64,000 nt of DNA from an uncultured delta proteobacterium (lineage in GTDB: Bacteria; Desulfobacterota; Syntrophia; Syntrophales; UBA2185), in the NCBI GenBank assembly GCA_963729715.1, contig CAVSPA010000004.1:288001-352000 (forward strand). The letters are read 5' to 3'. A model generated the notes under the pieces. The model ran no database searches. It was not told the origin of the DNA and saw only the letters and a program-made list of their open reading frames with translations. Below, piece by piece: positions 1 through 9,310 of this stretch; the first letter of the stretch is position 1; each line of letters starts with the position of its first letter. A program made the position numbers and the translations under genes.

Positions 1-863
1 CTCTTGTCAGAGGGAACGCCTCCGGGAAACTGGATACGCAGCCTGTCCCTTATAAGGCCTTTGCCGAGCTTGAAGAAATCCGGGTCCGTCGACGTCCACG
101 TGCCGAGGAATACGGGGTTATAATTTATACGGTCCGCGCTCTTAAAGGCCGTGACAATGGCCGCAGGAAGCATTTGCATGAATATGTATTCCGCACCTTT
201 TCTCTGCAAACGGAGCAACTCAGTGGTCAAATCCACAGTCTTGGGAGGAAATTCTTCGATGGCCACAATATTCATATTGATCTTCTTTGCGTATTCTCTA
301 CAGGGCTCGTGAATGGAGCGGCCATAGGCATTATTGTATGTAAGAAGACCCACCTTGGGCGCCTCCTTTCCTTTGTGGATGGCGCGTATATATTCCAGTA
401 TGGCATAACTGTCCATCCGATAGCTCCCAAAGGGGAGATACATATAACTCACCGGGGGTTCAAGGAGTTCCCAGCTTGTCGAGTAATTGATGGTGGGGAT
501 CCTGTATTGCTGAATGATCGGTTTGACTGCCAGGCCTTCTCCGGCTCCCCACGTGGCCATCATATCCACGCGATCCTGGATGGCAAATCTCTTGGCGGCG
601 GCAACGGCCTCCGGAACCTTGTATTCCGTATCGACGAGGATCATTTCAATCCTGTTTCCACCGACGCCCCCCTTCACCTCGTTCACGTAACGGAAATAAT
701 CCTGCTGTCCCCTTGCATGGAACTGTCCCCACGAGGATGCAGGACCGGTCATGTTTATTGCCGCACCAACCTTTATTGTATTGGCGTGAAGAGCTGTATT
801 AGAGAGACAGACAGCGAGACCTATTATGGCTGAGCAGATACTTACGGTAGATCCTGTTTTCAT
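1..863 (-). CDS. LivJ/LivK-family ABC transporter substrate-binding protein (3' end outside window)
   Basis: Manual translation from ATG at 863: MKTGSTVSICSAIIGLAVCLSNTALHANTIKVGAAINMTGPASSWG...; signal peptide plus IKVG..MTGP start typical of Peripla_BP_6; GGAG RBS at ~871-874; not in the ORF track because it runs off the window. Confidence 0.9.
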   Translation of the reverse strand, partial: MKTGSTVSICSAIIGLAVCLSNTALHANTIKVGAAINMTGPASSWGQFHARGQQDYFRYVNEVKGGVGGNRIEMILVDTEYKVPEAVAAAKRFAIQDRVDMMATWGAGEGLAVKPIIQQYRIPTINYSTSWELLEPPVSYMYLPFGSYRMDSYAILEYIRAIHKGKEAPKVGLLTYNNAYGRSIHEPCREYAKKINMNIVAIEEFPPKTVDLTTELLRLQRKGAEYIFMQMLPAAIVTAFKSADRINYNPVFLGTWTSTDPDFFKLGKGLIRDRLRIQFPGGVPSDK

Positions 864-882
864 ACGTGTCCTCCATCAAAAT

Positions 883-953
883 AAAAAAGGCCTGGAAAAT
901 TCACGGCCTTTCGCAAAAAAAAGCCGTCGGCAGTATTTGGTCTGCCCACGGCT
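883..953 (-). terminator. Attenuator terminator (915-953) plus second hairpin (883-911) upstream of the ABC binding-protein gene
   Basis: Minus strand AGCCGTGGGCAG-accaaata-CTGCCGACGGCT followed by a T-run; then AAGGCC...GGCCTT followed by a T-run. Confidence 0.85.
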
Positions 954-973
954 ACATTTAAGAAAATCTCAGG

Positions 974-1048
974 TCATGAGCGCGGCAGGCAGACCTCACT
1001 AAAGAAACCAAAAAAGACAAAAAAACTTTCTGCCTGCATGTGCGTCAT
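974..1048 (-). CDS. Phe-rich attenuator leader peptide MTHMQAESFFVFFGFFSEVCLPRS
   Basis: 24 codons, 6 Phe within 8 codons; AAAGGA just upstream; sits between a sigma70 promoter and a terminator; leader GGTCTGCC is complementary to GGCAGACC in the terminator. Confidence 0.8.
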   Translation of the reverse strand: MTHMQAESFFVFFGFFSEVCLPRS

Positions 1049-1086
1049 ATCCTTTATTCCGAGTGCTTATCTACAGTATACTCAGC

Positions 1087-1115
1087 CTTATAAAGCCAAT
1101 TGAGACCTGTGTCAA
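1087..1115 (-). promoter_or_regulatory. sigma70-type promoter for the Phe leader/ABC operon
   Basis: TTGACA-17 nt-TATAAG on minus strand. Confidence 0.65.
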
Positions 1116-1134
1116 GAAAAAATCTTCACTAATT

Positions 1135-2499
1135 TCATTCTGCCCCAAGCTTTTCTATCCTGTAACGCAGTGAATCAAAACTCACTTGGAGAATCTCAGC
1201 AGCCTTGGTCTTGGAGCCCTTCGCTTTCTTAAGAGCTTTTTCTATGAGATGCTTTTCGTACTTTGCCACTTCTTCGTTGAGGTTCAAGCCGTCATCGGGT
1301 ATATCAGTATCAGCAAACCCTCTCACATCCTGGAGGCTGCCTGCCAGATGAAGGTTCTCCGGGAGGATTATGTTAGATGTCTCGAGGGCAACACTTCGTT
1401 CAATAATATTTTCAAGCTCCCTCACGTTTCCTGGAAAAGGATATTTCATCAGAAGCTCCAGTGCATACGAAGATATTGTCCTGACTTCTTTACCGAACTC
1501 CTTAGAACATTTTTCGATGAAATGCCTTGTTAAGACCGGTATATCCTCTCTCCTCTCTTTCAAGGGCGGAATGTTTATAGGTATGACATTTAGGCGAAAA
1601 TATAGATCTTCCCTGAAGGAACCGTCTCTAACTTTTTCTTCGAGATTCTTGTTCGTCGCCGAGATGATTCTGACATCGATCTTCTTCTCTTCCGCCCCCC
1701 CTACCCTTCGAAATGTCTTTTCCTGAACGACTCTGAGAAGTTTTACTTGAAGAAGCGGCGGTAAGTCACCTATCTCGTCGAGAAATATAGTGCCGCCGCG
1801 TGCGATCTCAAAGAGCCCTGATTTATCTCCGTAGGCGCCTGTAAATGCGCCTTTCACGTAGCCGAACAATTCGCTCTCGAGGAGGCTTTCGGGAACGCCG
1901 CCGCAATTAATCACTTCAAAAGGCATATTCTTTCTCGGACTATTTTCATGGATGGCCCTCGCTACAAGCTCTTTGCCTGTTCCGCTCTCCCCCAAAATCA
2001 GGACATTGGTGGGCGTTTCCGCCACCTTCTTAATGAGTGAATACACCTTAAGCATTCCCTTGCTCTTGCCGATCATATTTCCGAAAGATACCGCATCTTC
2101 CACTTCTTTAATGAATAAAGCATCTTCTCTTTTTACACCTTTTTTATCGAGGGCACTGCTGATAATGGTCTTTATATCTTCGATGTTGAAGCCCTTCTCG
2201 ATATAGTCATAGGCACCTTCCTTCATGGCCGAGACAGCCGTCTCAGGAGATGCGTAAGCGGTAATTAATATTACCATCGCCTCTTGGGTAATCTCTTTGA
2301 CCGCTTTCAAAAATTCTATGCCGTCTACCTTAGGCATCTTCAAGTCAGTGAGGATAAGATCAAATTTCTCTTTTTTGCAACGGTTCAGCGCTTTTGTTGC
2401 GTCAGGTGCGGTTGTCACATCATACCCTTCCCTGGTGAGCATGATCTCGAGAAATTCCCTTATTCCCTCATCGTCATCCACTACTAAAATTTTTGCCAC
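1135..2499 (-). CDS. pilR: sigma-54-dependent response regulator, PilR/NtrC family
   Basis: Receiver domain, GESGTGKE, GAFTGA, C-terminal HTH; downstream of PilS-like kinase. Confidence 0.85.
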   Translation of the reverse strand: MAKILVVDDDEGIREFLEIMLTREGYDVTTAPDATKALNRCKKEKFDLILTDLKMPKVDGIEFLKAVKEITQEAMVILITAYASPETAVSAMKEGAYDYIEKGFNIEDIKTIISSALDKKGVKREDALFIKEVEDAVSFGNMIGKSKGMLKVYSLIKKVAETPTNVLILGESGTGKELVARAIHENSPRKNMPFEVINCGGVPESLLESELFGYVKGAFTGAYGDKSGLFEIARGGTIFLDEIGDLPPLLQVKLLRVVQEKTFRRVGGAEEKKIDVRIISATNKNLEEKVRDGSFREDLYFRLNVIPINIPPLKERREDIPVLTRHFIEKCSKEFGKEVRTISSYALELLMKYPFPGNVRELENIIERSVALETSNIILPENLHLAGSLQDVRGFADTDIPDDGLNLNEEVAKYEKHLIEKALKKAKGSKTKAAEILQVSFDSLRYRIEKLGAE

Positions 2500-2538
2500 G
2501 TACTCTCTCCTTGTGAAGAAAACCGATGATCACGGAAT

Positions 2539-4221
2539 TTAACTGCTTCCTCCAATCAAGGGCAAAGATACCATACAGATTGTCCCTTTTCCGACGCCCT
2601 TTCTAATCAAAATTCTTCCCGTGTATCCTTCGATGATTCTATTGACTATTGCAAGACCAAGGCCTGTTCCTCTCTCCCTCGTCGTGAAAAACGGTTCAAA
2701 TATCTTGTCCAGATATTTATCATCAATGCCATAACCCGTGTCACTCACCCGTATCTCCAGGGATTCACCGAGTGCACCGTCATATATCTTTCGCGTTTCT
2801 ACAGAGAGCTCGCCTCCTTCAGGCATAGATTGAACGGCATTCATGACAAGGTTCCATATAACTTCTCTTATTTCCGTCCTGTTGGCATAAACACCGAGAT
2901 TATCCGAGAATTCAAGACGAACCTTAATATCATCGTTCCAATCAGGCAGATACTGAATAGATTCTATCACGCCTTCGATGATTTCTTTCATGAAAACCGT
3001 CTCGCGTTCACCCGGCGCAGGTCTTGCGAGCAATAGAAAATCCTTTATGACGTGATCCAGCTGATCCTTGCCCCTGAGAATGATCTGCATGAGCTTTTCA
3101 TCTACCTCGGATAATTGCAGATCCCTCTTCAAAATCTGGATCGATCCGCTCAGAGAGGCAAGGGGATTTCTCATCTCATGTGCAAGACCAGCCGCCATTT
3201 CACCGATAATGGCCAGTCTCTTACTCTTTTCCAAGGCCTCTTCCATTTCTATCAGAGAAGTGATGTCCTGGAAAATTACAATGTCGCCTATCCTTTTTCC
3301 CTTGCTGTCTTTGAGAGTCGAAACCAGGCAGCTCAATATAAGCCGATTGTTCTTTTCACGGATAAATTCTATATTATATCTGTTTTTCGATGATCGTTTG
3401 TCATCATCTTCTTTGGTCTTCTCACGCACTTCGGCGAATCCGGGAAATACTTCGACGATATTTCTATTTTCGACGTCGGCAAAAGCAAATCCGGAGATTT
3501 CCTCAGCGGCTCTGTTAAAGGATTTTATTCTCCCCTGACGGTTGATCGTCATGATACCGGTCTCAACTGACTCGATGATACTCCTGTGCAATAAATCAAG
3601 TTGATCGAATGCAGTCTCTTTTTCGGCAAGAAGCGTCCGCACCTTTCTTTCCTGCTCAACTACGAAGCTCGCAAGGAGGCCGATAATGTAAAAAGACAGC
3701 AGGTGGACAAATATTCGCGAAAAGACATATCCGGCACCCATATCATAGTCATGAACAGCCAGCGCGTTTATGGGATGGATGACACCGTAATACTCCAAAT
3801 CCAGCAGCAAACCATATAGAATGCCCGAGGCTGAGGCGATGATGAGTCCGCCCCGCCTTTCCAAGAACAAGACCGAATATATGATGACCAAAGGATAGAA
3901 AACAGAATATATACTGCTAATTCCACCCGTTATGTACACAAGGAATGTTATTAAGGCTGCATCGGTGAGGGCCTGGATATATATGTTTAATCTATTCTTC
4001 TTGACGAACTTCAGAAGGAGAACATAAATTAAGGAAAGGAAGTAGGTTATCGCGCAAAGTGCGTAAAGCGATGTCAGCGCTTTCTCGGGAAATATTTCCG
4101 TTTTTTGGAACTTGATGAATGTTGTTACCATTAACAGGAAGGTAACGATTGCCACCCTCGACAGCATCAACCAGCGAAGTCTCGTTTCTATACCTTCTTC
4201 CTGCAATAATTGCTCACTCAT
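2539..4221 (-). CDS. pilS: PilS-type membrane PAS histidine kinase
   Basis: N-terminal TM helices, PAS, AHEMRNPL H-box, GTGLGL G2 box. Confidence 0.85.
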   Translation of the reverse strand: MSEQLLQEEGIETRLRWLMLSRVAIVTFLLMVTTFIKFQKTEIFPEKALTSLYALCAITYFLSLIYVLLLKFVKKNRLNIYIQALTDAALITFLVYITGGISSIYSVFYPLVIIYSVLFLERRGGLIIASASGILYGLLLDLEYYGVIHPINALAVHDYDMGAGYVFSRIFVHLLSFYIIGLLASFVVEQERKVRTLLAEKETAFDQLDLLHRSIIESVETGIMTINRQGRIKSFNRAAEEISGFAFADVENRNIVEVFPGFAEVREKTKEDDDKRSSKNRYNIEFIREKNNRLILSCLVSTLKDSKGKRIGDIVIFQDITSLIEMEEALEKSKRLAIIGEMAAGLAHEMRNPLASLSGSIQILKRDLQLSEVDEKLMQIILRGKDQLDHVIKDFLLLARPAPGERETVFMKEIIEGVIESIQYLPDWNDDIKVRLEFSDNLGVYANRTEIREVIWNLVMNAVQSMPEGGELSVETRKIYDGALGESLEIRVSDTGYGIDDKYLDKIFEPFFTTRERGTGLGLAIVNRIIEGYTGRILIRKGVGKGTICMVSLPLIGGSS

Positions 4222-4443
4222 TTTATGACAACACCTGTGTCCGATCCATCCTGCGGACTGCTTTTTTTGAAGTAAGAAATGCGGGACAGATGCAAGGTCT
4301 GCTGTATCTGTCGTTCATGGTAAGCTATAACATTTCAAAAAATTAATCTAACGAAATTACAATGTTTATTAACTAATATCCCTGTCCCTAGACCCATTGC
4401 TCGAGAGCAGTTTAGCAAATATTCAGTCATTTTTAACCCCGAA

Positions 4444-4598
4444 GTAAAGAACCCCGTGCTTCCGCACGGGGCATTAAAACTCAAAATCTAACTGCTTGGG
4501 AGCTTTTCTTCATGCTTATGATACTCAATTCCTAAAGAACGGAAACCCTTTCCTCCCCGTGCTTCCGCACGGGGTATCCAGGGTTTGATTTTCATGAA
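4444..4598 (+). mobile_element. Putative non-autonomous IS200/IS605-type mini element with two identical subterminal palindromes
   Basis: CCCCGTGCTTCCGCACGGGG at 4452-4471 and 4555-4574, no coding capacity between them; context resembles IS605-group hairpin ends. Confidence 0.55.
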
Positions 4599-4627
4599 TC
4601 TTTTAACGAGCCGCTTTGGTCTATACC

Positions 4628-5351
4628 ATGGAGCAGCTATTAATTCCCCTTCTCTGTGCATTTGTCGCCGTGATTGCCATTGGTCATTTTTGGCGCATCG
4701 CCGACCTCCCGTTATTGATATCCCTCCTTCTCGTCTTGCTGCTTCTCCTTGCGGCATCAATAAAGAAATCGGCAAAACTGATTGCCATCCTCGTCATCCT
4801 TAATCAGTATCTTTAGCGGGAACATATAAGGACTTCATGAGGATCATAAAGGAGAAGAAGAGGACCTACAGGCTCGTGTCTGAAAGGGCGGGCGACATTA
4901 GACTCAATAATGTTAAGATCAGTATATTGAATCCGGGAGGCATGATTGAGTTGAAAGACGACCTTCCCAGGCGGTTCGATAAGACAAACAACGATGCTAT
5001 TGTCATGAAGATAGAAATGGGAAATGTGAGCGTTCTTCTGCCTGCCGATATCTCTGAGCCATCGGAGATGCGCATTGTCGATGCGCATAGGGATATCAGG
5101 AGCCAGGTTATGTTTGCCCCTCATCATGGGGGATTCACTTCGAGCACCGTAGCATTTCTAAAGAGAGTACAACCAGAAATTGCAGTGATAAGCTGCGGCA
5201 GAGAAAACGTATATAACGACCCCACCCGGACGTTCTTAGGAAATACTTCCGGCGAGGAACGAGGGTACTGAGAACCTACATAGACGGCGCCATCAACATA
5301 ACGATAGACGGCACTGATGTGACATACAATGTCTATGAAGACGGCTTATAG
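4628..5351 (+). pseudogene. comEC: ComEC/Rec2 remnant with large internal deletion and frameshift
   Basis: Hydrophobic N-terminal piece (MEQLLIPLL...) joined to metallo-beta-lactamase C-terminus (NNDAIV, LLPADI, PHHG, AVISCG); frameshift ~5222 continues HPDVLRKY...RTYIDGAI to TAG 5351. Confidence 0.8.
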
Positions 5352-5542
5352 ATCAAGTAAGCGCCCGCTTAACATAAGCTCCGCCGCCTTTTCGCACATG
5401 CCAAGAGCGAATTAATTATTGCACTTCAAGGCTTTATGTGTTATCGAACAACTCCTTTTAGCATAATTAAGAATACTGTTAAATGCATCTTGCATCGGCA
5501 AGAATAAACATCATGATGAGCAGGAGTGAACGGCCAGAAATT

Positions 5543-6808
5543 ATGGAAATTATCACCGCCGTAAGAGGATTTAAGGATATCCTTCCCGCGGAAGCGGGAA
5601 AATGGCAACAGATCGAGAAAATAGCGCGCGAAGTCCTTGCTAATTTCGGTTTCCGGGAAATAAGGGTTCCCATCCTCGAGAAGACAGAACTTTTCAAAAG
5701 AAGCATTGGTGAATCCACGGATATAGTCGAGAAAGAGATGTACACATTTCTCGATCGCGGGGATGAATATCTGACCCTGCGTCCTGAGGCGACGGCTTCC
5801 ATCGTGCGTGCATACCTTGAACATGTCATGTATGCACAGGATCCCGTGGCGAGGCTTTTTACCATCGGCCCGATGTTCAGGCGTGAAAGGCCGCAAAGCG
5901 GGAGATTTAGGCAGTTTCACCAGATCAACGCCGAACTTCTCGGACTCGATGATCCCCGCACAGACGCCGAAGTGATTCTCATGCTCATGCAGTTTCTCAT
6001 GCGCATAGAGATATCCGATCTGCATCTCATGATAAATTCCCTCGGATGCAGGGAATGCCGTCCTGCATTTAGAAAGGCACTGAGCAGCTTCTTGGCTGGA
6101 AAAGAAGAGCAGCTTTGCAGCGACTGTCGGAGGCGCCTTTCCATAAACCCCTTGCGGGTTTTCGATTGCAAGACGGCAAACTGCATTGAGGTCATCAATC
6201 ATGCCCCACGAATCCTCGACTTTCTATGCCCGGGCTGTATGGATCATTTTACAAAGGTAAAAGAGGCCCTGCGCACGTTTGCGATAGCTTTTGAAGTGAA
6301 TCCAAAGATGGTTCGCGGTCTCGACTACTACGCAAAAACGACCTTCGAAGTGGTGACAGAGCATCTCGGTGCGCAGAACGCGGTCGCTGGCGGAGGTCGC
6401 TATGATGGCCTCATTAAGGACCTGGGCGGCCCGGATGCGCCCGGAATCGGATTCGCCGTCGGATTGGAAAGGCTGATATCAATTTCACCTTTTGTGGATG
6501 CGAATTTCTTGATATCACCACAATTGTTCATTGCGGCCCTCGGAGATAGAGCGCAGGAAATGGCCTTCTCTCTTTGCAACCGCTTGCGCACGCGCGGAAT
6601 TCAAACAGAGATGGATTATTCAGGGAAGAGCCTCAAGAGCCAGATGAAAAGAGCGGACAAGCTCTCTTCCCGTTACGCTCTTATCCTCGGTGAAAGAGAA
6701 ATAACGGAAAACAAGGCCGAGTTCAGGGACATGCAAAAGGGCACGCAGGAAACCATAGGCCTTGATGATCCGGAAAAAACCATAATGAAGATCCTCAAAG
6801 GGAGTTGA
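5543..6808 (+). CDS. hisS: Histidine--tRNA ligase
   Basis: [38 protein letters not shown] motifs; start placed at MEIITAVRG. Confidence 0.97.
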   Translation: MEIITAVRGFKDILPAEAGKWQQIEKIAREVLANFGFREIRVPILEKTELFKRSIGESTDIVEKEMYTFLDRGDEYLTLRPEATASIVRAYLEHVMYAQDPVARLFTIGPMFRRERPQSGRFRQFHQINAELLGLDDPRTDAEVILMLMQFLMRIEISDLHLMINSLGCRECRPAFRKALSSFLAGKEEQLCSDCRRRLSINPLRVFDCKTANCIEVINHAPRILDFLCPGCMDHFTKVKEALRTFAIAFEVNPKMVRGLDYYAKTTFEVVTEHLGAQNAVAGGGRYDGLIKDLGGPDAPGIGFAVGLERLISISPFVDANFLISPQLFIAALGDRAQEMAFSLCNRLRTRGIQTEMDYSGKSLKSQMKRADKLSSRYALILGEREITENKAEFRDMQKGTQETIGLDDPEKTIMKILKGS

Positions 6809-6815
6809 TAGCACC

Positions 6816-8591
6816 GTGTCTGATTTTGTGACGGTTAAAAAAAGAACGCATTATTGCGGAAATCTGACGATTTCCAATGTCGGTGAGGAAGTAATCCTCA
6901 TGGGTTGGGTAAACAGAAGGAGAGATCATGGAGGCGTCATATTCATTGACCTTCGTGATCGCGAGGGCCTTGCCCAGATCGTCTTCAACCCCGATATCAG
7001 TCCTGAGAGCCACAGGGGCGCACAGGCTATCAGAAGCGAATTTGTCCTCTCTGTGCGCGGCACGGTGCAAGGAAGACCGGCGGGAATGGAAAATCCTGAT
7101 TTGGAAAGCGGCGCAATTGAAGTTACGGTTACGGAGCTCGAGATTCTGAGCGAAGCCAAGACGCCGCCGTTTGTCCTGAACGAAGACGCGGAGGTGTCTG
7201 AAACAGTCCGTTTGAGGTACCGCTATCTTGATCTGAGACGCCCGGAGATACAGAAGAATCTTATCCTCCGGAGTAAGATCGCAGCCGAAACGCGCCGCTA
7301 TTATCAAGAGAACGGATTCATTGAAGTGGAAACGCCGTTTCTTACGAAAAGCACTCCGGAGGGCGCACGGGACTATCTCGTTCCGAGCCGGGTTAATCCG
7401 GGCATGTTCTACGCCCTGCCCCAGTCGCCGCAGCTCTTTAAACAGCTTCTGATGATTTCGGGATTCGACAGGTATTACCAGATTGTCAAGTGTTTCCGGG
7501 ACGAAGATCTGAGGGCCGACAGGCAACCTGAATTTACGCAGATTGATGTTGAGATGTCATTTATAGCAGAGGATGATATCTATCGAATCACTGAAGGGCT
7601 GATTGCTCATCTCTTCGGGACCTGTCTCAATGCGGAATTGCAAATCCCGTTTCCTAAACTGTCCTATGCGGATGCCATGGAGATGTACGGCCGGGACAAC
7701 CCCGATATCCGTTTTGCCCTCGAATTAAAAGACCTCACAGACATCGTCAGAAACTCGGCGCTAAAGGTGTTTCAGGAAGTTGCCAGCACAGGCGGTGTGA
7801 TCAAGGCGATTAAGATAGAGGACGGGAAGAGTCTCACCCGGAAAGACCTCGATGGTCTTACTGACTATGTGAGCACCTATGGAGCAAAGGGTCTTGCGTG
7901 GGCGAGAGTTAATCCTGACGGATGGACATCGCCGATCTTTAAATTTCTGACGCCGTCTGAAGTCAAGGATATCAATGACAGAATGGATGTAAAAGAAGGA
8001 AATGTAATTGTTTTTCTTGCCGACTCGCCGTCCATCGTCAATGACGCGATGGGCAATCTAAGGAACCACCTTGCGAGAAAATTGAATCTCGTTAACCACA
8101 AACAGTATTCGTTCACATGGGTAAATAAATTTCCCCTGTTTGAGTATAGTGAGGCGGAAAAGAGATACGTATCCAAGCACCACCCCTTCACCTCCCCTGT
8201 CACGGAAGATATTCCCCTTCTTGGAACAGACCCCGGCAAGGTGAGAGCGAGGGCCTATGACCTCGTTCTCAATGGGATCGAGATAGGGGGGGGGAGCATC
8301 CGTATACACAGGCAGGATATCCAGTCCCTGATTTTCCGGACCCTCGGCATGGGAGACGAGGAAGCGAGGAGGAAGTTCGGCTTCCTGCTTGAAGCACTCG
8401 AATACGGCACGCCGCCGCATGGAGGCATCGCGATAGGTTTTGACAGGCTGGTTATGATAATGTCGGGCGTCGAGAGCATCAGAGATGTAATTGCATTTCC
8501 GAAGACGCAGAAGGCGACATGTCTCCTGACGGATGCCCCATCCGAAGTAAGTATCGAGCAGCTTATGGAACTTTCCCTGAAAATTGTGTGA
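6816..8591 (+). CDS. aspS: Aspartate--tRNA ligase
   Basis: [37 protein letters not shown] motifs. Confidence 0.97.
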   Translation: MSDFVTVKKRTHYCGNLTISNVGEEVILMGWVNRRRDHGGVIFIDLRDREGLAQIVFNPDISPESHRGAQAIRSEFVLSVRGTVQGRPAGMENPDLESGAIEVTVTELEILSEAKTPPFVLNEDAEVSETVRLRYRYLDLRRPEIQKNLILRSKIAAETRRYYQENGFIEVETPFLTKSTPEGARDYLVPSRVNPGMFYALPQSPQLFKQLLMISGFDRYYQIVKCFRDEDLRADRQPEFTQIDVEMSFIAEDDIYRITEGLIAHLFGTCLNAELQIPFPKLSYADAMEMYGRDNPDIRFALELKDLTDIVRNSALKVFQEVASTGGVIKAIKIEDGKSLTRKDLDGLTDYVSTYGAKGLAWARVNPDGWTSPIFKFLTPSEVKDINDRMDVKEGNVIVFLADSPSIVNDAMGNLRNHLARKLNLVNHKQYSFTWVNKFPLFEYSEAEKRYVSKHHPFTSPVTEDIPLLGTDPGKVRARAYDLVLNGIEIGGGSIRIHRQDIQSLIFRTLGMGDEEARRKFGFLLEALEYGTPPHGGIAIGFDRLVMIMSGVESIRDVIAFPKTQKATCLLTDAPSEVSIEQLMELSLKIV

Positions 8592-8715
8592 TCTTCCAAG
8601 ATAATTTCTGTTGACAAGGCAATCCTTTTTTTATTAATCTGAAGTATAAGAAAGACAACGTCTGATTGGTTCTTGCTGACTTGCTAGGCGATAATAGAGG
8701 CGTGAGGAAAAGAAC

Positions 8716-9231
8716 ATGGTAAACTATCGAGGTAACGGCGCCTTCATAAATGCGTCCCTTACTCTTGTCCTTATTTTTGTTTTTTCGGCGTGCGCGACGG
8801 CGCCTACGAAAACTGCGGAACCCGAACAAGGGGTTGCCGCCGAGCAGAGAGTGGGGGTGCCGGCCCACGAAGCCAAGACTTCTGCACCGACGGAAAGACC
8901 GTTTGTCGGGAAACGTGATAACGTAGCAGCAAGAGAAAGTGCGGAGGAAGGGGCTGTTGCCTGTCTTTGCGAACAATACACCGTGAGAAAAGGCGATTCC
9001 CTGTGGTGGATAGCCAGATACAAAGACATATACAATGATCCGTTACTCTGGCCCATCATTTATGAGGCTAATAAGGAAATTATTAAAGACCCCAAACTGC
9101 TGTATCCGGGCCAGGAACTGGGCATACCGAGGGAAGGATACGGGATGGAGCAGATCAAGAACATAAGGAAGAAGGCAGGCGCAGCTAAGCCGTATCTGCC
9201 TCCACAGCAGGCAAATTTGCCGGTGGACTGA
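8716..9231 (+). CDS. LysM-domain lipoprotein
   Basis: Lipobox FSAC; YTVRKGDSLWWIA...IYEANK...LYPGQEL LysM signature. Confidence 0.85.
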   Translation: MVNYRGNGAFINASLTLVLIFVFSACATAPTKTAEPEQGVAAEQRVGVPAHEAKTSAPTERPFVGKRDNVAARESAEEGAVACLCEQYTVRKGDSLWWIARYKDIYNDPLLWPIIYEANKEIIKDPKLLYPGQELGIPREGYGMEQIKNIRKKAGAAKPYLPPQQANLPVD

Positions 9232-9253
9232 AACCCGTGGCATATTCCCAACG

Positions 9254-9287
9254 AGGGCACAACTGGTTTCAGCGTGCCCTTTTTTTT
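9254..9287 (+). terminator. Intrinsic terminator after the LysM gene
   Basis: AGGGCAC...GTGCCCT followed by T7. Confidence 0.7.
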
Positions 9288-9310
9288 AGGATAAAATCGG
9301 AGCTATCACT

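Noticed and set aside
174..833. 219 aa plus-strand ORF
   Set aside because: Antisense shadow of the minus-strand ABC binding-protein gene
4452..4574. Two 20 nt repeats as a mini CRISPR
   Set aside because: Only two copies, 83 nt spacer, no cas genes
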